NCBI GenBank assembly: GCA_001791995.1
Contig: MGFR01000002.1
Coordinates: 1 to 34,456 of the forward strand
Origin: Candidatus Woesebacteria bacterium RBG_13_46_13
Lineage (GTDB): Bacteria; Patescibacteriota; Microgenomatia; UBA8517
Direction: 5' to 3'
DNA: 34,456 nucleotides
Position numbers and translations under genes: made by a program. The notes beneath the pieces are model-generated. The model was given only the letters and a program-made list of their open reading frames with translations, searched no databases and was not told the DNA's origin. Of this stretch, positions 26,148 to 34,456 are shown one piece after another; the first letter of the stretch is position 1, and every line of letters starts with the position of its first letter.

Positions 26148-26872
26148 AAAAAGCCAAAAAAGTTAAAGTTTCGGTTGTAATTCCGACACTTAATGAAAAA
26201 GAAAACGCTTCCCGGCTGGTTTCAAAACTTTTGCAAATCGGCAAAGCCAACCCCATGGATTTGGAAGTGGTTGTGGTTGATGATGACAGCCAGGACAAAA
26301 CCGGAGAGTTTATCAGAAACAAGTTTAGAGGTAAGAAAGTCAGGGTTTTCATCCGCAGAAAGTCCAGGGGTTTGGGAACGGCTATCCTCCACGGCATAAA
26401 AAGAACTACGGGGGATATTATTGTCGGGATGGATGCTGATTTTAACCACGATCCAAATCTTTTGCCTCGTCTGGTGCGCAATTTGAAAAACAGCGAGCTG
26501 GCGGTCGCCTCGCGTTTGGCCAAAGGAGGGGGAATGGAAGACTGGGTGAGAATTTTCCCAACTTATGTTTTTAATTCATTTTTGTATTGGGTTTTAAGAT
26601 TCCCGACCATGGATAACATGAGTGGCTATTATGCAATCAGGAGGGAACACCTTTTTAGTCTTCCTCTTAAGCAGATGTATGTCGGCTACGGAGAGTACCA
26701 TTTAAGACTCGTCTATCTGGCCAAGAAAAAGGGAATGAGGATCGCCGAAATTCCTTACTACTCTCCCAAGAGAAAATACGGTGAGAGCAAATCCCGCCTG
26801 GTGAACATGTTTTTCAAATACCTAAGCGTATCTTTCAATCTTTTTCTGGAAAGGGAAATAAAAAATGATTGA
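26144..26872 (+). CDS. GT2 polyprenol-phosphate sugar synthase (Dpm1/Ppm1-like)
   Basis: VSVVIPTLNE, VVDDDSQDKT, RGLGTAILHG, MDADFNHDP, SGYYAIRR, GESK. Confidence 0.88.
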   Translation: MKKAKKVKVSVVIPTLNEKENASRLVSKLLQIGKANPMDLEVVVVDDDSQDKTGEFIRNKFRGKKVRVFIRRKSRGLGTAILHGIKRTTGDIIVGMDADFNHDPNLLPRLVRNLKNSELAVASRLAKGGGMEDWVRIFPTYVFNSFLYWVLRFPTMDNMSGYYAIRREHLFSLPLKQMYVGYGEYHLRLVYLAKKKGMRIAEIPYYSPKRKYGESKSRLVNMFFKYLSVSFNLFLEREIKND

Positions 26873-27017
26873 AACCATCAAGCAACTGATTACTTTGGCG
26901 ACTAAGTCCAACAAGATTTGGCTGATACCTTTATTTTTGCTTTTGATAATAATTGCTCTCTTGATCGTAGTGGCTCAAATTTCTCCGGTTCCCGTTTTTC
27001 TCTACCCTTTAATATGA
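26865..27017 (+). CDS. Small membrane protein, DUF5989-like (50 aa)
   Basis: Manual translation MIETIKQLITLATKSNKIWLIPLFLLLIIIALLIVVAQISPVPVFLYPLI*; overlaps both neighbours. This family typically sits beside SxtJ and carbamoyltransferase genes. Confidence 0.75.
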   Translation: MIETIKQLITLATKSNKIWLIPLFLLLIIIALLIVVAQISPVPVFLYPLI

Positions 27018-27202
27018 GAAAGTTGGTCGGAAAAATAAATTCAATCAGCGTAACGCTTGTTTTGTCTCTATTTTATTTTGTCGGGGTAGGCGCCGCTTAT
27101 CTGTTATGGAGATTTGGCCGGATATTTAAGAAAGAGAATAGAAGTACCTATTGGCAGAAAAGCAAAAATTACAAGAAGGCGGATTTTCTTTCAGCCTACT
27201 GA
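27014..27202 (+). CDS. Short SxtJ-like membrane protein (62 aa)
   Basis: MRKLVGKINSISVTLVLSLFYFVGVGAAYLLWRFG...STYWQK...FLSAY*; ATG at an ATGA overlap. The ORF-track 26918 start is an in-frame extension. Confidence 0.65.
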   Translation: MRKLVGKINSISVTLVLSLFYFVGVGAAYLLWRFGRIFKKENRSTYWQKSKNYKKADFLSAY

Positions 27203-27204
27203 GA

Positions 27205-28926
27205 ATGTACATCTTGGGGATTAATGCTTTTTACCACGACAGCTCCGCTGCCCTGATAAAAGACGGAGAAGTAGTTGCAGCCGCGGAGGAGGAGCGCTTT
27301 ACTCGGATAAAGCACGACAACTCGTTTCCGTTTAAGGCCATAAAGTTTTGTCTTGAGAGTAGCAACGTTGAGATAGCCGATATCGATTTCGTTGCCTATT
27401 ACGAGAAACCCCTTTTGAAATTCGAAAGGATACTTGAGACTTTTATCGAAACCTATCCCTTTTCCCTAAAACCATTTTTGCAAAGTATTCCCGAATGGTT
27501 GGGGCAAAAGATTAAAGTAGAATGGCTGATCAAGGAAAAGGTGGGTTTTAGGGGAAAAATCTTTTTTATCCCTCACCATCTTTCCCACGCCGCAGCCGCC
27601 TTTTACCCTTCGGGCCTTAGCCGCTCAGCAGTCCTTACCATCGACGGGGTGGGAGAATACGAGACCTGCTCTTTATGGAGAGGAGAAAATAATAAGCTAG
27701 TACCACTAAAATCTATTATTTTTCCCCACTCCCTGGGGCTACTTTACTCCACCTTTACGGCCTTCTTGGGGTTTCGGGTCAATAACGATGAGTATAAGCT
27801 GATGGGATTGGCTGCCTACGGAAAGCCCCGAGATGTAGATAAAATTCACAAAATAATTGACTTAAAAGAGGACGGAAGCTTCCGTTTGAATATGGATTAT
27901 TTTTCTTTTCGGCAAAGCTTTTCTATGTGGGGTCCCAAATTCGAAAGACTTTTTGGCTCTCCAAGGAAGAGAGGTGCTGCCTTTAGCCAAAGGCACAAGG
28001 ATTTGGCCGCAAGTATTCAGCGGGTCACGGAAGAGGCCTATTTTAAGATTTTGAGACACCTTTCCCTGCTGACCAAGTCCAAAAACGTTTGTATCTCCGG
28101 AGGAGTGGCCCTAAACGCTTTGGCCAACGGAAAAATATTTGACAGCACTCCTTTTACGAAAGTTCATATCTTGGGCCCGGCCGGGGACGGAGGAACCGCG
28201 CTCGGGGCTGCCCTTGCCACCTACCACCAGATTAAGAGAAGGGCGAAAAGAAAAAGCTTGGCAAGCCTTTGTTTGGGGACAAGCTATATCCAGGAGGAGA
28301 TTGAAGATGAGCTAAATAAAGAGAAAATAAAATATCGGAAGTTTGCCGGAGAAGAAGAGCTCACCCAAAAAGTTTCCGCCTGGCTTGCCAAAGGCAAGGT
28401 GGTCGGCTGGTTTCAGGGGAAAATGGAATTGGGTCCGAGAGCCTTGGGGGCAAGGTCTATTCTGGCCAGGCCGTATCCGAGGGGGATGAAGGAAAGGGTA
28501 AATGAAATAAAGAGGCGAGAGTCTTTTAGACCTTTTGCGGGCTCGGTTTTACAGGAAAAGGTAAATACTTTTTTTGCGGTTCCCCAAAAGAATTTTTCTG
28601 CACCTGATATGAATTATTGCTTTGAAGTTAGAGCAGGGTGGCAAGAAAAACTGGCGGCAATTGTTCACAGTGACGCTTCCTGCAGAATCCAAACCGTCAG
28701 TAAGAATGACGGACTTTATTACAAGCTGATACACAGTTTTTGGGCCAGAACCGGGATTCCCTGTATCTTAAACACCAGTTTTAACCTTGCGGGGGAGCCG
28801 ATTGTGGAAAGCCCAGCTCAGGCCATCGCCGACTTTGTCAAAACCAAAATGGACTTTCTGGTTTTGGGGAATTTTTGGCTAGCGAAGAATTACTTGCATG
28901 GCAAGAAGTCTTTGGCTACCAAATAA
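27205..28926 (+). CDS. Carbamoyltransferase (NodU/CmcH family)
   Basis: YILGINAFYHDSSAA, EEERFTRIKH, HHLSHAAAAF, LTIDGVGE, EYKLMGLAAYG, GGVALN, GPRALGARS, KRRESFRPFA, LNTSFN. Confidence 0.95.
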   Translation: MYILGINAFYHDSSAALIKDGEVVAAAEEERFTRIKHDNSFPFKAIKFCLESSNVEIADIDFVAYYEKPLLKFERILETFIETYPFSLKPFLQSIPEWLGQKIKVEWLIKEKVGFRGKIFFIPHHLSHAAAAFYPSGLSRSAVLTIDGVGEYETCSLWRGENNKLVPLKSIIFPHSLGLLYSTFTAFLGFRVNNDEYKLMGLAAYGKPRDVDKIHKIIDLKEDGSFRLNMDYFSFRQSFSMWGPKFERLFGSPRKRGAAFSQRHKDLAASIQRVTEEAYFKILRHLSLLTKSKNVCISGGVALNALANGKIFDSTPFTKVHILGPAGDGGTALGAALATYHQIKRRAKRKSLASLCLGTSYIQEEIEDELNKEKIKYRKFAGEEELTQKVSAWLAKGKVVGWFQGKMELGPRALGARSILARPYPRGMKERVNEIKRRESFRPFAGSVLQEKVNTFFAVPQKNFSAPDMNYCFEVRAGWQEKLAAIVHSDASCRIQTVSKNDGLYYKLIHSFWARTGIPCILNTSFNLAGEPIVESPAQAIADFVKTKMDFLVLGNFWLAKNYLHGKKSLATK

Positions 28927-29864
28927 TTAAGAAAATCTTCAGCAATTATCCTGTGTCCATTCTCGTTGGGATGGGGATCTCCGGAAAAATGCAGCTCCCG
29001 ATATTCGGTTGGGTTAGTTAGCCCCCGGAAATCGTAAGTGTTGGGCCTTCCGGCGACGAATGAACCCACAATGTCATCGTAATAGGGTTCTACCGGCAGA
29101 AAGGATGCGATAATCAGGGGATTTGTGTAGACGGAATCAAAATCGGAAAGAATCTTCTTTTGTTTTTCTACGATTGATTCCTCGGGATATTTATCAATGT
29201 ACTGGGAATAAGCCTTATGCCAGGAGGCGTAATAATCGCCTTCCTCCACCGCTTTTTGGAATTCTCCGTTTTTTCTCATCTCGGCGTCGACATTTTTTTC
29301 CAAGGGCAAAATAAGCTCGTTAATCTGCAGCATATCATCGCTTTTGACAAACCAGATGACAACGTCCGGTTGATACTTTGCCCCCCTGAGTTCAAACCTT
29401 TTGGCCGCATACTGGAGATCGTAACCCCAGACCCCAAGATTTATGACCTCATACTTTTTCACCGCACTGCAGGTTTTTTCTTTGTTAAGTAAGTCTTCAA
29501 GGGTTTCCGGCCAATTATTGTCGGTATCTACATAAAGTCCGTAAGTCCAGGAATCGCCAAGGGTTATTATTCTAAATATCCCGGGGTCTTTCTCCGTTTT
29601 GTAATCGTATCTTTCATTTAGACTGTCGGAATTGATAGTAGAAATTCCCTGGTAGGGAATCCACGTGTTTGCTTTGTCCAGGCTATTGGGACTCGGTTCG
29701 TAAAAATAATCCAAACCCTTGGTTTTGGTCGAAAGAACAGATTCCTTACTAATCAAGCTTAAGAATATCTTGGGTAATGATTTTTTATAAATCGAAAATA
29801 CCAAAAAAGCGATAATAAGAAGCTGTGATAAGACGATAAAGGCGATGAGTTTTGACTTTCCCAT
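28890..29864 (-). CDS. Membrane-anchored SGNH/GDSL hydrolase-fold protein
   Basis: N-terminal TM; LGDSWTYG, NLGVWGY, DPHPNENGH. Confidence 0.85.
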   Translation of the reverse strand: MGKSKLIAFIVLSQLLIIAFLVFSIYKKSLPKIFLSLISKESVLSTKTKGLDYFYEPSPNSLDKANTWIPYQGISTINSDSLNERYDYKTEKDPGIFRIITLGDSWTYGLYVDTDNNWPETLEDLLNKEKTCSAVKKYEVINLGVWGYDLQYAAKRFELRGAKYQPDVVIWFVKSDDMLQINELILPLEKNVDAEMRKNGEFQKAVEEGDYYASWHKAYSQYIDKYPEESIVEKQKKILSDFDSVYTNPLIIASFLPVEPYYDDIVGSFVAGRPNTYDFRGLTNPTEYRELHFSGDPHPNENGHRIIAEDFLNYLVAKDFLPCK

Positions 29865-29871
29865 TTTGGGA

Positions 29872-29909
29872 ATTATAGCACGGCAGCTTTTTCGCGATTA
29901 TTCTATACT
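29872..29909. promoter_or_regulatory. Divergent -10 elements, both positioned for leaderless or near-leaderless mRNA
   Basis: Minus: TG-C-TATAAT (TATAAT at 29872-29877), 7 nt before ATG 29864. Plus: TATACT at 29904-29909, 6 nt before ATG 29916. Confidence 0.55.
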
Positions 29910-29915
29910 GATAAT

Positions 29916-30980
29916 ATGAAAAAGTTGTTACCGGTGTTTATTTTGGGGGTATTGCTCATACTTGGCAGCTTGGGAAAAAATTCCGTCTCGTTTTTGCTTG
30001 CCCAACTTTCATTAATTTCCGTTTTGTTTTTTTGGACTCTTTTTACAAGAGAAGCGAAATCTCCTCCGGGATTTATCCTTTATCTAATTTTTCTCGGAAT
30101 TGTTGTTTGGAAATTCATTTCCGGCTCCCGAGACGGCGGTGCGGATTATCTGTATCTTTTTGCAGGTGGGGGACTATTATGGTTTTCCGCATTTAATCAG
30201 AAAGAAAAGTGGGGAGGTTATTTGGAAAAATTGATTCTTGTTTTCGGTCTGGCTATGGCCGCCCTCTATGTTCTCTGGCTAATCTTTTCTCCCGGCCTTA
30301 TCCTGCCGCAGAGCCTTTTTACTTTCTCCTCCGCCTTTAAAAACCATAACCACATAGGAGACTTGTGGGCGATTGTGCTGTTGGTTGTCGCTCGTAAGCT
30401 TGTAGCCAAAGGCGGCCTCTATTATTGGTTGCTTGCCGTTCTGGGACTTATCCTGATGTACCTTTCCTTTTCCCGCTCGGCGGTAGTTGCTTTCCTTGCG
30501 GGAGCAATTTATCTGTTCGGAAACATCGATTATCTCAAGAGGAATAAATACATTTTCACCTTTTTGTCTTTGGGGATAACGGCGGTTTTTCTTCTAACCA
30601 GTATCAACAAATCGATATTTTTCTCAAGACCTTATTTTACTCAGGCCATTTCCGGACTAAGCAAATATCCTTCCGGGGTGGGAATGGGCAACTTCAAACT
30701 CGTCTCCTCGCGTTTTGATGTGGGAACTTTTTCCAGCATTGTCCACAATCTGGTCTTGGAGGTAATGGTGGGGTTGGGCTGGATTGGCGTAGTATTTGTT
30801 GTTTGGCTGGGGAATGTTCTTTGGCAGGGAGTGGTTGGGGCAAAGAATAGAATAGCCTACGCCGTATTTTTAGGGCTTACTGTTAATTTCCTTTTCGATT
30901 CGACCTATCTTATTCCCTCGATGGTCTGGCTTTGGTTTTTGAGTCTGGGTTTAAGCCGTGGGCAGCATAATCTTCGCTGA
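29916..30980 (+). CDS. O-antigen ligase-like membrane protein, type B copy 2
   Basis: KNHNHIGDLW, SFSRSA, SRPYF, GVGMGNF, VHNLVLE, DSTYLIPSMVWLWF; all shared with 12563-13639. Confidence 0.82.
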   Translation: MKKLLPVFILGVLLILGSLGKNSVSFLLAQLSLISVLFFWTLFTREAKSPPGFILYLIFLGIVVWKFISGSRDGGADYLYLFAGGGLLWFSAFNQKEKWGGYLEKLILVFGLAMAALYVLWLIFSPGLILPQSLFTFSSAFKNHNHIGDLWAIVLLVVARKLVAKGGLYYWLLAVLGLILMYLSFSRSAVVAFLAGAIYLFGNIDYLKRNKYIFTFLSLGITAVFLLTSINKSIFFSRPYFTQAISGLSKYPSGVGMGNFKLVSSRFDVGTFSSIVHNLVLEVMVGLGWIGVVFVVWLGNVLWQGVVGAKNRIAYAVFLGLTVNFLFDSTYLIPSMVWLWFLSLGLSRGQHNLR

Positions 30981-32169
30981 TTAACCCCTTTCTTTTCTGA
31001 TTCCGGGTTTTGATAAAAGAGCCAATAGCCAGAGGTATGAAACGCAGCGTTTTGGGAGACAACAACAACCTTAGCTTCAGGGACAAACCTGCGGGAGACA
31101 AAAGAAATACCAGCAGCAATCTTTTGACTCCCTGGAAAACCCTGTTGCCTGTGGAAAACGGGGAAATAAAAAGGGAGAGAAGATAAAGGGCATAGTCCTT
31201 TTTTCGGTTGGGAAAGGCCAGATCAAGATATTTTTCGGAAAGGATTAGGCCCAGATGCACGGGGCTGGGAACTCCGTACTTTTTGGAAAGCCTGAAAAGC
31301 CTTTTCCAGTCAAGACCCGACTCGGTCATTTTTTTTACCAACTCGATTCTAGATAGACCCTCGTAGTTGTGTCTATACCAATGCAGCAGAAGGTAAATGA
31401 CGAAAGTTTCTTTGTCCAGAATCTTAAACCTAGCCGACCCTTGCTTTACCGAGATGGAATTGGTGAAGAGGCTTTGTTCAAATTCCTTCACTTTCGGAAA
31501 CAGGCTGTTAAGATAGGTAAGCTTGGTGAAAGGGATTCCCAGACCTCTGTGTAAATCTACCCTAACGGGGAAAGGAAAAATATTTTTGGTAAGGGTAACC
31601 TCGGAGGCGTTTGTAAATTCCTTTGCGAAAAGGGTAGCGGGGGATTTTGTAAAACCCAAAGGGCTTAAGACCCGAATAACCTTTTTAAAGTCATCCTCGC
31701 GGACGAAAATATCACAATCGGCCAAAAGTCTGTTGGGGGGGGATTTTGCCCAGTGGAGGTAAGGAACAATTCCCCGCAGAACGATAAATTTTATCTTTGC
31801 CCTTTTAAGCGATTTTTCTACCTTTACCAGTTGGGATAGGTAAAAAGAGGATTGGGTATAGTAAAGATGCTCGAGGGCAATACGGGTGGAGCCCCTTTTT
31901 ATGGCGATAACCTTTCCGAGAATCTCGCCAAGGGCTATTTTCTTGTCCGGAAGTAAATTGTTGTCTCCTTTGGTGATGAAGTTTTTTCTGTCCGGGAAAG
32001 TGTAAACAATCCTGTGGGCGATGAGTTTGCCGGAGGCTAAGTAGGCTACGATATTGCCAGTGGAACAATCCTTTTGGTCTTCTATCTCCACCTTGTCTCC
32101 AGGCAAAAAAAGGGGGAACATACTCAGGTTTTGGGAAGTGTTTTTTAGCTGGCGCAGGGGCACTTTCAA
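30910..32169 (-). CDS. S26 peptidase-nucleotidyltransferase fusion, copy 2
   Basis: LSMFP...IVAY...AHRI...ITKGDNN...ILGKV; IVLRG...NRLLADCDIFV...VDLHR...LLLHWYRH. TTG start overlaps the P3 stop (TTGA). Confidence 0.83.
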   Translation of the reverse strand: MKVPLRQLKNTSQNLSMFPLFLPGDKVEIEDQKDCSTGNIVAYLASGKLIAHRIVYTFPDRKNFITKGDNNLLPDKKIALGEILGKVIAIKRGSTRIALEHLYYTQSSFYLSQLVKVEKSLKRAKIKFIVLRGIVPYLHWAKSPPNRLLADCDIFVREDDFKKVIRVLSPLGFTKSPATLFAKEFTNASEVTLTKNIFPFPVRVDLHRGLGIPFTKLTYLNSLFPKVKEFEQSLFTNSISVKQGSARFKILDKETFVIYLLLHWYRHNYEGLSRIELVKKMTESGLDWKRLFRLSKKYGVPSPVHLGLILSEKYLDLAFPNRKKDYALYLLSLFISPFSTGNRVFQGVKRLLLVFLLSPAGLSLKLRLLLSPKTLRFIPLAIGSFIKTRNQKRKGLISEDYAAHGLNPDSKTKARPSRE

Positions 32170-32303
32170 CTTACGACACCGGCCAAAAGGAGAGATTCGG
32201 TATCGGCGCTGTTTCTAAGGGAGTTTCTTGAATAAAACTGAACCGTTTTAATTTTTGAACTTCTGAGCACTGGCTTGGAGTAAACTTTTTTAGCTTTGAC
32301 CAT
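32166..32303 (-). CDS. Putative RiPP-like precursor peptide P3 (45 aa)
   Basis: MVKAKKVYSKPVLRSSKIKTVQFYSRNSLRNSADTESLLLAGVVS*; exact YxxPxL motif; 1 nt after the upstream stop. Confidence 0.85.
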   Translation of the reverse strand: MVKAKKVYSKPVLRSSKIKTVQFYSRNSLRNSADTESLLLAGVVS

Positions 32304-32304
32304 T

Positions 32305-32916
32305 TCAGAAATGCTCCCTCTTAATCTCTAAATTTATAGTATCACCTGCATACGTATCAAGCAAGTTGCTTGAAGTTTTTATGACCACATAGTCCGACTC
32401 CTGAAGGTCTTTTATGGTTGCGTCCTTGGATTCACCCCCCCAGGTCACAATTTTTACTTCCATAATATCCAGCTCCTGTTGGGTAAACCTGTATCTTAAT
32501 ATGGCTCCTTTTTCGTCCTGTAATCCCAGATGGTACACATATTTAACCCTGTCGATTTCCACAATTTCGGGGATCGCTATGGCGGCCAATCCTTGGGCGA
32601 CCGTGGTATATTTAAGCTCCCTGTAAAAGGCGCCGCTCTGTTTGTCGGGAGTCATCCTGTCCAGAAATTTTCTGATTGCGGCCACCCTTTCTTCGTTAAG
32701 AGGTTTGGGAGCCAGGTCTTCAACCCCCAATGGCTGGTACTCTTGGCAGCCCAGAAGGCTGCATTTCTGGAAAGGATTTTTATAAAGGTAGACAGCCTCT
32801 GCCGCAACCGCAGTAACAAGAAGTACAAACAGGCTAAGAAGAACTAATATCAAAACCTTTGACCCCCGCGGCTTCCCTTGGGGTTGTGGTGTCTGGACGG
32901 CAGGTTCTAAATCCAT
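32305..32916 (-). CDS. Single-TM membrane-anchored hypothetical protein, copy 2 (directly upstream of P3)
   Basis: TM ending VAAEAVYLY; C-terminus YVYHLGL..RYRFTQQEL..V..IKDLQESDYV..LLDT..LEIKR aligns with 16086-16709. Confidence 0.75.
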   Translation of the reverse strand: MDLEPAVQTPQPQGKPRGSKVLILVLLSLFVLLVTAVAAEAVYLYKNPFQKCSLLGCQEYQPLGVEDLAPKPLNEERVAAIRKFLDRMTPDKQSGAFYRELKYTTVAQGLAAIAIPEIVEIDRVKYVYHLGLQDEKGAILRYRFTQQELDIMEVKIVTWGGESKDATIKDLQESDYVVIKTSSNLLDTYAGDTINLEIKREHF

Positions 32917-32970
32917 TGTTTCCCGGCAATAATTATCTTAACAACAGGCGTAAGCTAAGACAAGTTCTAT

Positions 32971-34449
32971 TCACTGGTAGTTTGGAACATCGGCCGTACC
33001 TTTTACGGCATCGACAAAGATACATTTCTTGTCTTTGCATAAGTTGAGATATTGATAAAGCCTACCCCCTTCCAGGTTTCTGGAGAGCAGGACAAAATAC
33101 AGGGTATCGACCTGCCCGATATCTTTGGCAACAGACTCTTCTTGAATACCGAATTTATTATCGATTATGACAAAGCGGTGTTCCAAACACCCGGAACCCA
33201 GCCAAAAAGGGGATTTCGGAGATAAATCGTAGGCAGACCTGTAATAATACGCCAGGGGATAGAAATTAAAGTCGGCAGAGTTAACCACAAATAGCGTGTC
33301 GGGTTTGCAGTTTGTAACCAAAAAGTTTCTGATTTCGGAATTGGTAACGACTTGGTTTGGATTGTTATTTTTGTTGCCGAAATACCCCGATTGGAATACG
33401 TTTTGTGTTACAAGCAGGATAAAGAGGAGGGCCAAGAGTACCGACTTGCGTTTTGCGTCTTGAAACCAAAAAAGGAAGATAATCAAAAGCGAAATTGCGG
33501 AAAAGTTGAACAGGTTAGATGTGAAATGATATCCGAATTTTTTCAAAAAGCCAACGACGAGGATGTTTGAGAGAACCGTGAGGCCCACGAAAAGCCGGCT
33601 CTCGGGAAGAGCCGTCTTTCGAATCAAACCCCTTAAGGTAAAAAGCAGGGCCCAGATATCCAGTAAAAAAAGGCCTTTCAGGACGGTACCCAGGCGTTGG
33701 TTATAAAAAAATTGATATCCGGTCGATATTTCCCAGAAGTTTTCCCCTCTGATTCCGAAATTCGGAGTGAGCGTGCCGAAAAGGGAAAAATTTTTAAACA
33801 AAAGAAATACGATAGGAATAGAGAATAGAACAGTAAGGGCAAGAGCCCTCATCCCCGAACGGAAGTGTTCTTTATTTATCCAAAATGCTATTACTATGAA
33901 TAAAAACAGGCTAAAAATATAAAGAGCGGAGGTGTAGCTTGCGTATAAGGATAATGAGGCAAAAAGCGAGACCAGAAAAATATTTCTCTTGCCGCCTTCC
34001 CTAAAGGATTTTAGAAGGAAATAAAAAGAGACGATTTGGAGAAACAACGCCATGGGGTAGGGTTTAGCTTCCCAACCTGTGCGGACAAAGAAGGCGGATA
34101 TGGAAAATAGTGCGGGAAGAAGAAGGTTGTTTACCTTACGCAAGATAAGCGAAGAGATTTTATAAAGGGCCGCGATTGTTCCCAACCCGAAGATAAAATT
34201 AACCAGTCTTAAGGCCAGAAGAGTCGGAGAGGCGATAAGTATAAATCTTTGGAACATGGTAAAGAATGGGGGGTTGTCCTTTATCCAATAGTCTCCGACG
34301 ATCAGTTCACGAAACCTGTATTGCAGGGCGGCAAGGAAATAATTCACTTCATCCGAGGTAATTTCCTTATGGAATAGCAAATACAGTCTCAAAAAAATTC
34401 CTGCAAAGATGAGTATCCAAAGAAGGGTGGAGAATAATACCTTTCTCAT
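32971..34449 (-). CDS. GT-C (PMT/ArnT-like) multi-TM glycosyltransferase
   Basis: TM, then ITSDEVNY, DNPPFF, WEAKPY, many TMs. Paralog of the C-terminal part of 24048-26147. Confidence 0.82.
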   Translation of the reverse strand: MRKVLFSTLLWILIFAGIFLRLYLLFHKEITSDEVNYFLAALQYRFRELIVGDYWIKDNPPFFTMFQRFILIASPTLLALRLVNFIFGLGTIAALYKISSLILRKVNNLLLPALFSISAFFVRTGWEAKPYPMALFLQIVSFYFLLKSFREGGKRNIFLVSLFASLSLYASYTSALYIFSLFLFIVIAFWINKEHFRSGMRALALTVLFSIPIVFLLFKNFSLFGTLTPNFGIRGENFWEISTGYQFFYNQRLGTVLKGLFLLDIWALLFTLRGLIRKTALPESRLFVGLTVLSNILVVGFLKKFGYHFTSNLFNFSAISLLIIFLFWFQDAKRKSVLLALLFILLVTQNVFQSGYFGNKNNNPNQVVTNSEIRNFLVTNCKPDTLFVVNSADFNFYPLAYYYRSAYDLSPKSPFWLGSGCLEHRFVIIDNKFGIQEESVAKDIGQVDTLYFVLLSRNLEGGRLYQYLNLCKDKKCIFVDAVKGTADVPNYQ

Positions 34450-34456
34450 TTCAGAA

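Noticed and set aside
1-34456. CRISPR array, rRNA, intron/intein, IS element, alternative genetic code
   Set aside because: No repeat-spacer periodicity, rRNA motifs, Hint motifs or transposase were seen. TGA acts as a stop at several ATGA-coupled junctions, consistent with code 11.

Overview
Compact, repeat-poor bacterial window read in genetic code 11. Gene content and style suggest Patescibacteria/CPR, probably Microgenomates; this is an inference. The left ~8 kb is mostly housekeeping: an M16 peptidase, ndk, a 2H phosphodiesterase, tRNA-Arg/tRNA-Pro, a PEGA protein, mreB and a WecB/TagA GT. It also holds the 5' part of a giant protein (two MerR/Xis-like HTH domains, one TM helix, then a fibre-like ectodomain) and a small BldC/Xis-like HTH gene whose promoter carries phased repeats. 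From 8.3 kb to the end is a surface-glycosylation island built from two diverged copies of one module, with secreted Pro/Thr- and Cys-rich proteins between them. The main discovery is three unannotated 45-46 aa paralogous ORFs (15806-15943, 15949-16089, 32166-32303, all minus strand), found by manual translation. They carry the YxxPx[IL] motif that RiPP recognition elements bind in lasso-peptide leaders, followed by a conserved SSK..FY..R..[DN][ST]E..LA block and a short variable tail. Each peptide block is tightly coupled to an S26 peptidase-nucleotidyltransferase fusion gene. A PqqD/RRE gene and an HPr-kinase-like gene are adjacent to the first block, and no lasso cyclase, B2 protease or radical SAM enzyme is present in the window. 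This looks like a non-lasso RiPP-like system embedded in a protein/cell-surface glycosylation locus. Its product and its novelty are untested.
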